Source: Escherichia coli (lineage in GTDB: Bacteria; Pseudomonadota; Gammaproteobacteria; Enterobacterales; Enterobacteriaceae). From it: 64,000 nucleotides of DNA. This document shows, piece after piece, positions 21,769 to 34,381 of this stretch (position 1 is its first letter; the number at the start of each line of letters is the position of its first letter). The position numbers and the translations under genes are program-made. Location: NCBI RefSeq assembly GCF_003334305.1, contig NZ_QOWS01000008.1. One strand, given 5' to 3'. The notes under the pieces were generated by a model. The model did not search any database, had not been told where the DNA came from, and saw only the letters and a list, made by a program, of their open reading frames with translations.

Positions 21769-22329
21769 TTACACTCGCCCCTGCCCTTTCAACCATTCGC
21801 GCACGAGGAACAGCGCGCTGACATTACGCGCTTCGTTGAAGTCAGGGTCTTCCAGCAAATCCATCATATGCGCCAGCGGCCAGCGCACCTGTGGTAGCGG
21901 CTCTGGCTCATCGCCTTCCAGCGATTCCGGGTAGAGATCTTGCGCGACCACGATATTCATTTTGCTGGAAAAGTAAGACGGTGCCATGCTGAGCTTCTTC
22001 AAAAAAGTCAGATCGTTCGCACCAAATCCAACCTCTTCTTTTAGCTCGCGGTTAGCGGCTTCGTAGACGCTTTCACCCGGATCAATTAATCCTTTCGAAA
22101 AACCTAATTCGTAGGATTCAGTTCCCACTGCGTATTCGCGGATCAGGATCAGGTGATCGTCCACAATCGGCACAATCATCACTGCTTCCCGGTTGGTTGG
22201 ACGCATTCGTTCATAAACACGCCGCACGCCATTGCTGAACTCCAGATCCACGCTCTCGACGGTAAACAGTCGGGAACGGGCTACAGTTTCAACATTCAGA
22301 ATGGTGGGTTTTTGTAATGATTTGCTCAT
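21769..22329 (-). CDS. nudE: ADP-compounds hydrolase (Nudix)
   Basis: 186 aa ORF; Nudix box (GLIDPGESVYEAANRELKEEVGF). Confidence 0.9.
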   Translation of the reverse strand: MSKSLQKPTILNVETVARSRLFTVESVDLEFSNGVRRVYERMRPTNREAVMIVPIVDDHLILIREYAVGTESYELGFSKGLIDPGESVYEAANRELKEEVGFGANDLTFLKKLSMAPSYFSSKMNIVVAQDLYPESLEGDEPEPLPQVRWPLAHMMDLLEDPDFNEARNVSALFLVREWLKGQGRV

Positions 22330-22648
22330 CGTGGGATCTATGCTGTGAAATCAGCGGTTATTGTGCGATATCGGACACGCTTTCGGCAATGTGAATTGCA
22401 TGTTATTTACATTTATGTAACTTAATAAATAATCGTCCTCAAATCAAATTAAAAGTCAATAGGTTGAAATAACTCCAGGAATTTGCTGATATTCCGCCTT
22501 CAGAGGGTTTGCTATGATCAGCGGTTACTGTGATGTGCTTAATGATGCTCAAGTTAAACTCCACGCTTGCCGATAGCCAACCGCAGAATCATGTATTGTG
22601 TCTGGTGCGACTGACCACGCCTGACAGACTAAGTAAGATGGGGAAAGC

Positions 22649-24784
22649 ATGAGCACCATTGTGATTTTTTTAGCTGCTTTGCTGGCCTGCTCACTACTTG
22701 CGGGATGGCTGATAAAAGTGCGATCCAGACGGCGTCAGCTGCCCTGGACCAACGCCTTCGCGGATGCGCAAACGCGTAAACTCACACCTGAAGAACGTAG
22801 CGCCGTTGAAAATTATCTTGAGAGCCTGACGCAGGTATTACAGGTGCCTGGCCCAACGGGAGCTAGCGCGGCACCGATCTCTCTGGCGCTGAATGCCGAA
22901 AGCAACAACGTCATGATGCTGACACACGCTATCACGCGTTACGGCATCTCTACCGACGATCCGAATAAATGGCGTTACTACCTCGATTCGGTAGAAGTCC
23001 ACCTGCCCCCTTTCTGGGAACAATACATCAACGATGAGAATACCGTTGAACTGATTTATACCGATTCGCTGCCGCTGGTTATTTCACTCAACGGTCATAC
23101 GCTGCAGGAGTACATGCAGGAAACGCGCGGCTATGCCTTGCAACCTGTTCCGTCCACGCAGGCGTCGATTCGCGGGGAAGAGAGTGAGCAAATCGAGCTA
23201 CTCAATATTCGCAAAGAAACGCATGAAGAATATGCGCTGAGTCGTCCGCGCGGGCTGCGTGAAGCGTTGCTGATCGTCGCCTCCTTCCTGATGTTCTTTT
23301 TCTGCCTGATTACCCCGGATGTATTTGTTCCGTGGCTGGCAGGCGGCGCATTACTGCTGCTGGGCGCAGGTCTGTGGGGGCTATTCGCGCCCCCGGCAAA
23401 ATCCTCCCTGCGAGAAATTCATTGTCTGCGCGGTACACCCCGTCGTTGGGGATTGTTTGGCGAAAACGATCAGGAACAGATCAACAATATTTCACTCGGT
23501 ATTATCGACCTGGTCTATCCCGCACACTGGCAGCCATACATTGCTCAGGATCTCGGTCAACAAACCGATATTGATATCTATCTCGACCGCCACGTAGTGC
23601 GTCAGGGGCGATATCTTTCGCTGCATGATGAAGTAAAAAACTTTCCGTTACAGCACTGGCTGCGCAGTACGATTATCGCTGCGGGCTCGCTGCTGGTGCT
23701 GTTTATGCTGTTATTCTGGATCCCGCTGGATATGCCGCTGAAATTCACTCTCTCATGGATGAAAGGCGCGCAGACCATTGAAGCCACCAGCGTAAAACAA
23801 CTGGCTGACGCTGGCGTGCGGGTAGGCGATACATTGCGTATTAGCGGTACGGGAATGTGTAATATTCGCACTTCCGGAACCTGGAGCGCGAAAACCAATT
23901 CACCTTTTTTACCGTTTGACTGCTCGCAGATCATCTGGAATGACGCCCGCTCATTACCATTACCAGAATCTGAACTGGTCAACAAAGCGACGGCATTGAC
24001 TGAAGCAGTTAATCGCCAGCTGCACCCTAAACCGGAAGATGAATCTCGCGTCAGTGCCTCATTACGTTCAGCGATTCAAAAATCCGGCATGGTATTGCTT
24101 GATGATTTTGGCGACATTGTACTGAAGACAGCGGATTTATGTTCTGCCAAAGATGACTGTGTGCGACTGAAAAATGCGCTGGTCAATCTCGGCAACAGTA
24201 AAGACTGGGACGCGCTGGTAAAACGCGCCAACGCCGGGAAGCTCGATGGCGTGAATGTGTTATTACGCCCGGTGAGTGCAGAATCGCTGGATAACCTGGT
24301 GGCAACCTCCACCGCGCCGTTTATCACGCATGAAACGGCGCGAGCGGCACAATCACTAAACAGTCCGGCCCCCGGCGGATTCCTGATTGTCAGCGACGAA
24401 GGCAGCGATTTTGTTGATCAGCCCTGGCCTTCGGCATCACTTTACGACTACCCGCCGCAAGAACAGTGGAACGCTTTCCAGAAACTGGCACAAATGCTGA
24501 TGCATACGCCGTTTAACGCCGAAGGTATCGTCACAAAAATCTTCACTGACGCCAATGGTACGCAGCATATTGGCCTTCATCCGATCCCGGATCGTTCCGG
24601 CCTGTGGCGCTATCTCAGCACCACATTGCTGCTACTGACGATGCTGGGTAGCGCCATTTACAATGGCGTACAGGCCTGGCGTCGTTACCAGCGTCATCGC
24701 ACTCGCATGATGGAGATTCAGGCCTATTATGAAAGCTGCCTGAACCCGCAACTGATCACCCCTTCAGAAAGCCTTATCGAATAA
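22649..24784 (+). CDS. igaA: inner-membrane Rcs-phosphorelay attenuator IgaA (YrfF)
   Basis: 711 aa ORF with several TM segments. Confidence 0.9.
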   Translation: MSTIVIFLAALLACSLLAGWLIKVRSRRRQLPWTNAFADAQTRKLTPEERSAVENYLESLTQVLQVPGPTGASAAPISLALNAESNNVMMLTHAITRYGISTDDPNKWRYYLDSVEVHLPPFWEQYINDENTVELIYTDSLPLVISLNGHTLQEYMQETRGYALQPVPSTQASIRGEESEQIELLNIRKETHEEYALSRPRGLREALLIVASFLMFFFCLITPDVFVPWLAGGALLLLGAGLWGLFAPPAKSSLREIHCLRGTPRRWGLFGENDQEQINNISLGIIDLVYPAHWQPYIAQDLGQQTDIDIYLDRHVVRQGRYLSLHDEVKNFPLQHWLRSTIIAAGSLLVLFMLLFWIPLDMPLKFTLSWMKGAQTIEATSVKQLADAGVRVGDTLRISGTGMCNIRTSGTWSAKTNSPFLPFDCSQIIWNDARSLPLPESELVNKATALTEAVNRQLHPKPEDESRVSASLRSAIQKSGMVLLDDFGDIVLKTADLCSAKDDCVRLKNALVNLGNSKDWDALVKRANAGKLDGVNVLLRPVSAESLDNLVATSTAPFITHETARAAQSLNSPAPGGFLIVSDEGSDFVDQPWPSASLYDYPPQEQWNAFQKLAQMLMHTPFNAEGIVTKIFTDANGTQHIGLHPIPDRSGLWRYLSTTLLLLTMLGSAIYNGVQAWRRYQRHRTRMMEIQAYYESCLNPQLITPSESLIE

Positions 24785-24848
24785 CACGTTTGCGCGGCAG
24801 GTTATGCTACCCTGTCGCGCAAATTGCTTCACTCTGGAGATTTCCCTC

Positions 24849-25517
24849 ATGCATATCAACATTGCCTGGCAGGACGTAGATACCGTTCTGCTGGATATGG
24901 ACGGCACGTTGCTCGACCTCGCCTTCGATAACTATTTCTGGCAAAAGCTGGTGCCTGAAACATGGGGCGCCAAAAACGGGGTTACGCCACAGGAAGCGAT
25001 GGAATATATGCGCCAGCAATATCACGACGTACAGCATACGCTAAACTGGTACTGTCTTGATTACTGGAGTGAGCAACTGGGTCTGGATATCTGTGCGATG
25101 ACCACCGAGATGGGACCGCGTGCCGTACTGCGTGAAGATACCATTCCGTTTCTTGAGGCACTGAAAGCCAGCGGTAAGCAGCGAATTTTGCTCACCAATG
25201 CGCATCCGCACAACCTGGCGGTAAAACTTGAGCATACCGGTCTGGACGCACACCTTGATTTATTACTTTCCACCCACACATTTGGTTATCCGAAAGAGGA
25301 TCAGCGGTTATGGCATGCGGTGGCCGAAGCTACGGGTCTGAAAGCTGAAAGAACGCTGTTTATTGATGACAGCGAAGCGATTCTCGATGCTGCCGCGCAA
25401 TTTGGTATTCGTTACTGCCTCGGCGTGACTAATCCTGATTCCGGGATTGCCGAGAAACAGTATCAACGCCATCCGTCACTGAATGACTACCGCCGCCTGA
25501 TCCCCTCGCTAATGTGA
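24849..25517 (+). CDS. yrfG: HAD-family GMP/IMP nucleotidase
   Basis: 222 aa from MHINIAWQDVDTVLLDMDGTL (HAD motif I). Confidence 0.85.
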   Translation: MHINIAWQDVDTVLLDMDGTLLDLAFDNYFWQKLVPETWGAKNGVTPQEAMEYMRQQYHDVQHTLNWYCLDYWSEQLGLDICAMTTEMGPRAVLREDTIPFLEALKASGKQRILLTNAHPHNLAVKLEHTGLDAHLDLLLSTHTFGYPKEDQRLWHAVAEATGLKAERTLFIDDSEAILDAAAQFGIRYCLGVTNPDSGIAEKQYQRHPSLNDYRRLIPSLM

Positions 25518-25527
25518 AGGAGACGCC

Positions 25528-25929
25528 ATGAAAGAGAAACCTGCTGTTGAGGTTCGACTGGATAAATGGCTATGGGCTGCCCGTTTTTATAAAACCCGCG
25601 CGCTGGCCCGTGAAATGATTGAAGGCGGTAAGGTGCATTACAACGGGCAGCGCAGCAAGCCGAGCAAAATCGTCGAGCTGAATGCCACGCTCACTCTGCG
25701 CCAGGGAAATGACGAACGCACGGTGATTGTAAAGGCGATTACTGAACAGCGTCGCCCCGCCAGCGAGGCAGCCTTGCTGTATGAAGAGACTGCGGAAAGT
25801 GTAGAGAAACGCGAAAAAATGGCGATGGCACGTAAACTTAATGCCTTAACCATGCCGCACCCGGACCGACGCCCGGACAAAAAAGAGCGCCGCGACCTGT
25901 TACGATTTAAACACGGCGACAGTGAATAA
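25528..25929 (+). CDS. hslR: heat-shock protein Hsp15 (S4-domain ribosome-associated)
   Basis: 133 aa ORF. Confidence 0.9.
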   Translation: MKEKPAVEVRLDKWLWAARFYKTRALAREMIEGGKVHYNGQRSKPSKIVELNATLTLRQGNDERTVIVKAITEQRRPASEAALLYEETAESVEKREKMAMARKLNALTMPHPDRRPDKKERRDLLRFKHGDSE

Positions 25930-25953
25930 CTGTCACCTGCAAGAGAGATGATT

Positions 25954-26832
25954 ATGCCGCAACATGACCAATTACATCGCTATCTGTTTGAAAATTTTGC
26001 CGTTCGCGGCGAACTGGTAACCGTTTCGGAAACCCTGCAACAGATCCTTGAGAACCACGATTATCCGCAGCCCGTTAAAAACGTGCTGGCAGAACTGCTG
26101 GTTGCGACCAGCCTGTTAACCGCTACGCTGAAGTTTGATGGTGATATCACCGTACAGCTGCAAGGCGACGGTCCGATGAATCTGGCGGTTATTAACGGTA
26201 ACAATAACCAGCAAATGCGCGGTGTGGCGCGCGTGCAGGGCGAAATTCCAGAAAATGCCGACCTGAAAACGCTGGTCGGCAATGGTTACGTGGTGATCAC
26301 CATTACCCCGAGCGAAGGCGAACGCTATCAGGGCGTGGTTGGTCTGGAAGGTGATACCCTGGCGGCCTGCCTGGAAGATTACTTTATGCGTTCTGAACAG
26401 CTGCCGACGCGCCTGTTTATTCGCACCGGCGACGTAGACGGCAAACCGGCTGCAGGCGGTATGTTGTTGCAGGTAATGCCTGCGCAAAATGCCCAGCAGG
26501 ACGACTTTGACCACCTGGCGACGCTAACCGAAACCATCAAAACCGAAGAACTGCTGACCTTACCGGCAAACGAAGTGTTGTGGCGTTTGTATCACGAAGA
26601 AGAGGTGACGGTTTACGATCCGCAGGATGTGGAGTTCAAATGCACCTGCTCGCGTGAACGTTGCGCCGATGCGCTGAAAACGCTGCCTGATGAAGAAGTT
26701 GATAGCATCCTGACGGAAGATGGCGAAATTGACATGCATTGTGATTACTGCGGTAACCACTATCTGTTCAATGCGATGGATATTGCTGAAATCCGCAACA
26801 ACGCGTCTCCGGCAGATCCGCAAGTTCATTAA
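25954..26832 (+). CDS. hslO: redox-regulated chaperone Hsp33
   Basis: 292 aa; C-terminal CxC...CxxC zinc centre (CTCSRERC...CDYCGNHY). Confidence 0.9.
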   Translation: MPQHDQLHRYLFENFAVRGELVTVSETLQQILENHDYPQPVKNVLAELLVATSLLTATLKFDGDITVQLQGDGPMNLAVINGNNNQQMRGVARVQGEIPENADLKTLVGNGYVVITITPSEGERYQGVVGLEGDTLAACLEDYFMRSEQLPTRLFIRTGDVDGKPAAGGMLLQVMPAQNAQQDDFDHLATLTETIKTEELLTLPANEVLWRLYHEEEVTVYDPQDVEFKCTCSRERCADALKTLPDEEVDSILTEDGEIDMHCDYCGNHYLFNAMDIAEIRNNASPADPQVH

Positions 26833-26840
26833 TGAGTATG

Positions 26841-26868
26841 TCCGGCAGAGAGGGCTCTGCCGGATTTT
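26841..26868 (+). terminator. intrinsic terminator after hslO
   Basis: tccggcagag-aggg-ctctgccgga hairpin followed by tttt. Confidence 0.55.
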
Positions 26869-26966
26869 ACGACGTAATGGCCTGATGTGCTGCGCTTACC
26901 AGGCCTGTGAAATAAATCGCAAATTATTGTTGGTCAGATACAGCGTCGTATCCGTTAAAAGAGTTG

Positions 26967-28691
26967 TCACTTACTTAAGTTTATTTCCAGCGTTTCACCA
27001 TCTACCGTCAGATCGCGCCACGCTTTCGGCCTCGTCCCCAGTTTTCCATCCTTCGCAGCTGTGAGTAATTTTTCTTTCGTTATTTCGTTCGGAAGTAAAC
27101 TCATATCAAGCGCGTCCCATTCTTTTCTGTCTGAGTCAAAGCCATAGACAATGACTCTGTCATCATTAAAAGCAAACAGGATCCGCTCCGCCTGACCATC
27201 ACTATTCAGATCTTGCTCGGCCAGGACGCAGGCGTCTTTTTCAATACAGGTCATCACGTTATAGCGATCCTGGATTAAGGCCGACCAGAATGTCGCATCC
27301 GGTTTAACAGAACCAGGGGCAATTAACACATTTTCGGCTAATACTTTTTCCGATACCTGTTCCTGAAGATGTTGCTCTCCATCTAACGCCATCAGCAGAT
27401 CCCGCGCGCGTTTCGGGTCTTTCATAAACCCGGCATCGCTTTTCAGCGACTCAAGCGCCGCACGTCCATAGCGACCGCTCTGTTCGAGCATGTAGATAGT
27501 TACCTGGTCTGGCGTGTTTTTGCCGCTCTGATAACGCGCCATATGACTGTTCACGCTAATACGCATACTATCCAGCACCGGCGAATTAAGAAGCACCAGT
27601 ATCACCAACACCAATAACGAAACCGCAAGGTTCACTTTGCCCTGAAGAACAACGGGATTTTGCCCTTTACGCCAGACGATGCTGACAAAATACCCCAGCG
27701 ACCACACCAGTAACACCAGCACCGCCAGCACGCCCTGCAAGCGGTCGACAGTCCAGCCGTACTGAGCGACCCGCAGCCATAACGCCCAGGCGGCGACGAA
27801 CACATACAGCGGAGCAACCAGCAAAGCGGTTTTAATCAGGCAACGCAACGGCCCTGTCCAGGGAAGTGACGCTTTTTGCGGATCGCGGACAATAGCCATT
27901 AAGATCAATTGCAAAAAGGCCAGCGTTAACAGCAACCCGGCGGCGGAGATGTGGCGAGAAATCGCGCTCAGGCCCGTAAACGGCAGAGTGATGATAAACA
28001 TCAGGGTTAGCAATGATACTAACGGCAGCAACCCCGTGGCGATTAACGTGAACAACTTTTGAATAGAGTCGATTAAACGTGACTGTGTTCGCGCAAGGAT
28101 CACCGCAAGCGCGGTAACCAGACCTAACGTGAGATAAATAAACCAGTCGGTTGCAAAAAAGAGCGTATTGAAAAACGTGATGCCAACAAGTTTAAACAAC
28201 TCACTCCACAGTAAAAGCACCAGCCACGTCAAGCCATTGGCGAGAAAAATCACCAGTAATATAAGTACGTTATGCCATACTGACTGGTAAAAATAGCGAT
28301 AGCGGCTACTGTCATTGCGGATGCGAAGGCTTTGTTGTATCCACGGTAGCAACAACATTGCCATCAACAGCAGATAGCAGCCAAAATCCCAAATCGCCTT
28401 TTCAGCTCTCCAGGGGTTCATGCCATCAGTTTGCCACTTCAACCAGCCGCTCATCCCCAGCGTGGCAATAAACACCAGCGCCAGCCATCCCCAAAGGCGC
28501 TTCTGTTTAAAAGAGATCACGGAGAAGAGTAAAACGGATGAAAACGCAACGGTCGCAGGCACGCCATAAACAATCCAACTGTGATTTTTTCCGGCAAGCC
28601 AGGCGATCAACAGGTAGCAAACCAGCCCCTGAAGTAATCCGGTAGCAATCATCCCCCAGCGTGTTGCCGGTGAAAGTTCAACGTTATCCAT
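26967..28691 (-). CDS. yhgE: large inner-membrane protein YhgE
   Basis: 574 aa ORF, N-terminal ~300 aa strongly hydrophobic. Confidence 0.85.
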   Translation of the reverse strand: MDNVELSPATRWGMIATGLLQGLVCYLLIAWLAGKNHSWIVYGVPATVAFSSVLLFSVISFKQKRLWGWLALVFIATLGMSGWLKWQTDGMNPWRAEKAIWDFGCYLLLMAMLLLPWIQQSLRIRNDSSRYRYFYQSVWHNVLILLVIFLANGLTWLVLLLWSELFKLVGITFFNTLFFATDWFIYLTLGLVTALAVILARTQSRLIDSIQKLFTLIATGLLPLVSLLTLMFIITLPFTGLSAISRHISAAGLLLTLAFLQLILMAIVRDPQKASLPWTGPLRCLIKTALLVAPLYVFVAAWALWLRVAQYGWTVDRLQGVLAVLVLLVWSLGYFVSIVWRKGQNPVVLQGKVNLAVSLLVLVILVLLNSPVLDSMRISVNSHMARYQSGKNTPDQVTIYMLEQSGRYGRAALESLKSDAGFMKDPKRARDLLMALDGEQHLQEQVSEKVLAENVLIAPGSVKPDATFWSALIQDRYNVMTCIEKDACVLAEQDLNSDGQAERILFAFNDDRVIVYGFDSDRKEWDALDMSLLPNEITKEKLLTAAKDGKLGTRPKAWRDLTVDGETLEINLSK

Positions 28692-28936
28692 GTTGGTTAT
28701 CCAGAATCAAAAGGTGGGTTAATTATCGCATCCGGGCAGTAGTATTTTGCTTTTTTCAGAAAATAATCAAAAAAAGTTAGCGTGGTGAATCGATACTTTA
28801 CCGATTGAATTTGCATCAATTTCATTAAGGAATGCGATTCCACTCACAATATTCCCGCCATATAAACCAAGATTTAACCTTTTGAGAACATTTTCCACAC
28901 CTAAAATGCTATTTCTGCGATAATAGCAACCGTTTC

Positions 28937-28950
28937 GTGACAGGAATCAC
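28937..28950. promoter_or_regulatory. CRP-like palindrome upstream of pckA
   Basis: gtgacaggaatcac (GTGA-N6-TCAC), about 120 nt upstream of the pckA start. Confidence 0.3.
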
Positions 28951-29069
28951 GGAGTTTTTTGTCAAATATGAATTTCTCCAGATACGTAAATCTATGAGCC
29001 TTGTCGCGGTTAACACCCCCAAAAAGACTTTACTATTCAGGCAATACATATTGGCTAAGGAGCAGTGAA

Positions 29070-30692
29070 ATGCGCGTTAACAATGGTTTGACCCCGCAAG
29101 AACTCGAGGCTTATGGTATCAGTGACGTACATGATATCGTTTACAACCCAAGCTACGACCTGCTGTATCAGGAAGAGCTCGATCCGAGCCTGACAGGTTA
29201 TGAGCGCGGGGTGTTAACTAATCTGGGTGCCGTTGCCGTCGATACCGGGATCTTCACCGGTCGTTCACCAAAAGATAAGTATATCGTCCGTGACGATACC
29301 ACTCGCGATACTTTCTGGTGGGCAGACAAAGGCAAAGGTAAGAACGACAACAAACCTCTCTCTCCGGAAACCTGGCAGCATCTGAAAGGCCTGGTGACCA
29401 GGCAGCTTTCCGGCAAACGTCTGTTCGTTGTCGACGCTTTCTGTGGTGCGAACCCGGATACTCGTCTTTCCGTCCGTTTCATCACCGAAGTGGCCTGGCA
29501 GGCGCATTTTGTCAAAAACATGTTTATTCGCCCGAGCGATGAAGAGCTGGCAGGTTTCAAACCAGACTTTATCGTTATGAACGGCGCGAAGTGCACTAAC
29601 CCGCAGTGGAAAGAACAGGGTCTGAACTCCGAAAACTTCGTGGCGTTTAACCTGACCGAGCGCATGCAGCTGATTGGCGGCACCTGGTACGGCGGCGAAA
29701 TGAAGAAAGGGATGTTCTCGATGATGAACTACCTGCTGCCGCTGAAAGGTATCGCTTCTATGCACTGCTCCGCCAACGTTGGTGAGAAAGGCGATGTTGC
29801 GGTGTTCTTCGGCCTTTCCGGCACCGGTAAAACCACCCTTTCCACCGACCCGAAACGTCGCCTGATTGGCGATGACGAACACGGCTGGGACGATGACGGC
29901 GTGTTTAACTTCGAAGGCGGCTGCTACGCAAAAACTATCAAGCTGTCGAAAGAAGCGGAACCTGAAATCTACAACGCTATCCGTCGTGATGCGTTGCTGG
30001 AAAACGTCACCGTGCGTGAAGATGGCACTATCGACTTTGATGATGGTTCAAAAACCGAGAACACCCGCGTTTCTTATCCGATCTATCACATCGATAACAT
30101 CGTTAAGCCGGTTTCCAAAGCGGGTCACGCAACGAAAGTTATCTTCCTGACCGCAGACGCCTTTGGTGTGCTGCCGCCGGTTTCTCGTCTGACTGCCGAT
30201 CAAACCCAGTACCACTTCCTCTCTGGCTTCACCGCCAAACTGGCCGGTACTGAGCGTGGCATCACCGAACCGACACCAACCTTCTCCGCTTGCTTCGGCG
30301 CGGCGTTCCTGTCGCTGCACCCAACTCAGTACGCAGAAGTGCTGGTAAAACGTATGCAAGCGGCAGGTGCGCAGGCGTATCTGGTTAACACCGGCTGGAA
30401 CGGCACTGGAAAACGTATCTCGATTAAAGATACCCGCGCTATTATCGACGCCATCCTCAACGGTTCGCTGGATAACGCAGAAACTTTCACTCTGCCGATG
30501 TTTAACCTGGCGATCCCAACCGAACTGCCGGGCGTAGACACGAAGATTCTCGATCCGCGTAACACCTACGCTTCCCCGGAACAGTGGCAGGAAAAAGCCG
30601 AAACCCTGGCGAAACTGTTTATCGACAACTTTGATAAATACACCGACACCCCTGCGGGTGCTGCGCTGGTAGCGGCAGGTCCGAAGCTGTAA
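29070..30692 (+). CDS. pckA: phosphoenolpyruvate carboxykinase (ATP)
   Basis: 540 aa from [12 protein letters not shown]; kinase-1a motif GLSGTGKTT. Confidence 0.95.
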   Translation: MRVNNGLTPQELEAYGISDVHDIVYNPSYDLLYQEELDPSLTGYERGVLTNLGAVAVDTGIFTGRSPKDKYIVRDDTTRDTFWWADKGKGKNDNKPLSPETWQHLKGLVTRQLSGKRLFVVDAFCGANPDTRLSVRFITEVAWQAHFVKNMFIRPSDEELAGFKPDFIVMNGAKCTNPQWKEQGLNSENFVAFNLTERMQLIGGTWYGGEMKKGMFSMMNYLLPLKGIASMHCSANVGEKGDVAVFFGLSGTGKTTLSTDPKRRLIGDDEHGWDDDGVFNFEGGCYAKTIKLSKEAEPEIYNAIRRDALLENVTVREDGTIDFDDGSKTENTRVSYPIYHIDNIVKPVSKAGHATKVIFLTADAFGVLPPVSRLTADQTQYHFLSGFTAKLAGTERGITEPTPTFSACFGAAFLSLHPTQYAEVLVKRMQAAGAQAYLVNTGWNGTGKRISIKDTRAIIDAILNGSLDNAETFTLPMFNLAIPTELPGVDTKILDPRNTYASPEQWQEKAETLAKLFIDNFDKYTDTPAGAALVAAGPKL

Positions 30693-30711
30693 TCAGCTGA
30701 TATCTCATTGA

Positions 30712-30742
30712 CCCCTTATCCAAACGGATAAGGGGTTTTTTT
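30712..30742 (+). terminator. intrinsic terminator of pckA
   Basis: ccccttatcc-aaac-ggataagggg hairpin followed by ttttttt. Confidence 0.7.
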
Positions 30743-30763
30743 ATATCTGATTAGCTATCAATA

Positions 30764-30784
30764 TGTACACGGTACACTTATAAT
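30764..30784 (+). promoter_or_regulatory. candidate promoter/operator of the toxin-antitoxin pair
   Basis: tgtac-acg-gtaca inverted repeat (also reads as GTACAC-g-GTACAC) abutting a TATAAT hexamer at 30779..30784; aggatg RBS 4 nt before the ATG. Confidence 0.35.
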
Positions 30785-30808
30785 AATCAATAGACCGCAG
30801 GATGCATT

Positions 30809-31126
30809 ATGTTCACCTTTATTGAACTACAAGGATTTAGCAAACGCCGCCAGTTATTGTTACCTGATGATGAGTTCCGGGCTTTTCAGGAACTACTCAT
30901 TCAAGATCCCACTGCCGGTGACATTATCGCAGGCACAGGCAGTTTTAGAAAAATTCGCTGGAACCGTTCTGGAATGGGGAAACGGGGTGGCATTCGGATA
31001 ATTTATTACAACGTAACACGCAATGGCCGAATTTATCTGGCGTTGATTTATCCTAAAAATGAACAGGATGATTTAACAGAAGAACAAAGAAAGGCATTGA
31101 AACTATTGTCAGAGAAGCTGCTTTAA
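30809..31126 (+). CDS. RelE/ParE-superfamily toxin, HigB-2-like
   Basis: 105 aa; ...GTGSFRKIRWNRSGMGKRGGIRIIYY...LALIYPKNEQDDL... resembles Vibrio HigB-2 as I recall it. Confidence 0.7.
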   Translation: MFTFIELQGFSKRRQLLLPDDEFRAFQELLIQDPTAGDIIAGTGSFRKIRWNRSGMGKRGGIRIIYYNVTRNGRIYLALIYPKNEQDDLTEEQRKALKLLSEKLL

Positions 31127-31184
31127 TGTTGAAGCTCCACAAATTCCACCATGGTCGAAATGCCAACGGAGACATTGAAAACAG

Positions 31185-31481
31185 ATGAAAGATGAATTAT
31201 TTGCTGATCTTCTTGCCAGCGCAGAAGAAATGGTACGCATCGAAAAGGGTGAAGAAACGCCTGAACCAGAGCACGTCCATACTTTTAGCGAGATCGATGT
31301 AAAAGCGATCCGTGAAGCAACGGGTTTACGTCAGCAAGATTTTGCTGTCGCCGTAGGGGTAAGTTATGACCTGGTCAAAAGCTGGGAAACCAAACGCCGT
31401 CAGCCTACCGGAGCACCTCGAAAATTGCTCCTGCTTTTGCAAGCGAATCCTTTCATTATCAATCAATTGAAAACAATCTAA
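31185..31481 (+). CDS. HTH (XRE-like) antitoxin, HigA-2-like
   Basis: 98 aa; acidic N-terminus and C-terminal helix-turn-helix (LRQQDFAVAVGVSYDLVKSWE); directly downstream of the toxin. Confidence 0.65.
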   Translation: MKDELFADLLASAEEMVRIEKGEETPEPEHVHTFSEIDVKAIREATGLRQQDFAVAVGVSYDLVKSWETKRRQPTGAPRKLLLLLQANPFIINQLKTI

Positions 31482-31510
31482 AAACGGGAGACACCTTCGC
31501 CTCCCGTTTT
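31481..31510. terminator. bidirectional hairpin between the antitoxin and the envZ 3' end
   Basis: aaaa-cgggag-N10-ctcccg-tttt; A-tract and T-tract on either side. Confidence 0.5.
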
Positions 31511-31512
31511 AT

Positions 31513-33581
<2,069 letters not shown>

Positions 33582-33808
33582 TGTTTGTACTCCCAAAGGT
33601 TCGCAACAATTTGTAAGCGTGTATTCTTAAAAAAGCTCACGTTCGTCACCAGCTAAATCTGGTATGAATTTCAGCCTAAATTGTTACAAAGCATATTAAA
33701 CAGCAGCTTAAGTATACAATTTATTCGGCGAAACATTATTGATTCTGTTGATATGATCACGTTATACCCAATGTGCGCATTATCAAACAGACAAAGGGAA
33801 TCAACGAG

Positions 33809-34285
33809 ATGAAAACGCCCCTGGTTACCCGGGAAGGGTATGAAAAACTCAAACAAGAGCTTAATTATCTCTGGCGTGAAGAACGCCCGGAGGTCACAAA
33901 AAAGGTGACCTGGGCCGCAAGTCTGGGCGACCGCAGCGAAAATGCTGACTATCAGTATAATAAAAAGCGTCTGCGTGAAATCGACCGTCGCGTGCGCTAT
34001 CTCACTAAATGCCTGGAAAATCTCAAAATCGTCGATTACTCCCCTCAGCAGGAAGGCAAAGTCTTTTTTGGCGCGTGGGTGGAGATTGAAAACGACGATG
34101 GCGTGACTCACCGTTTCCGTATTGTCGGCTACGATGAAATTTTTGGCCGTAAAGATTACATCTCTATCGATTCCCCGATGGCCCGCGCATTGCTGAAAAA
34201 AGAAGTCGGCGATCTGGCGGTGGTGAATACCCCTGCCGGGGAAGCGAGCTGGTATGTTAATGCTATCGAGTACGTGAAACCGTAA
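33809..34285 (+). CDS. greB: transcript cleavage factor GreB
   Basis: 158 aa from MKTPLVTREGYEKL. Confidence 0.9.
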   Translation: MKTPLVTREGYEKLKQELNYLWREERPEVTKKVTWAASLGDRSENADYQYNKKRLREIDRRVRYLTKCLENLKIVDYSPQQEGKVFFGAWVEIENDDGVTHRFRIVGYDEIFGRKDYISIDSPMARALLKKEVGDLAVVNTPAGEASWYVNAIEYVKP

Positions 34286-34381
34286 GGAAGAGTCTTAACC
34301 TCCTGCCGATGGCTGGCATTTTTGCCAGCCAGTCCGTATAACTATCCCCTGATTTTTGATCCGAAAAGATGAACTCAAACC

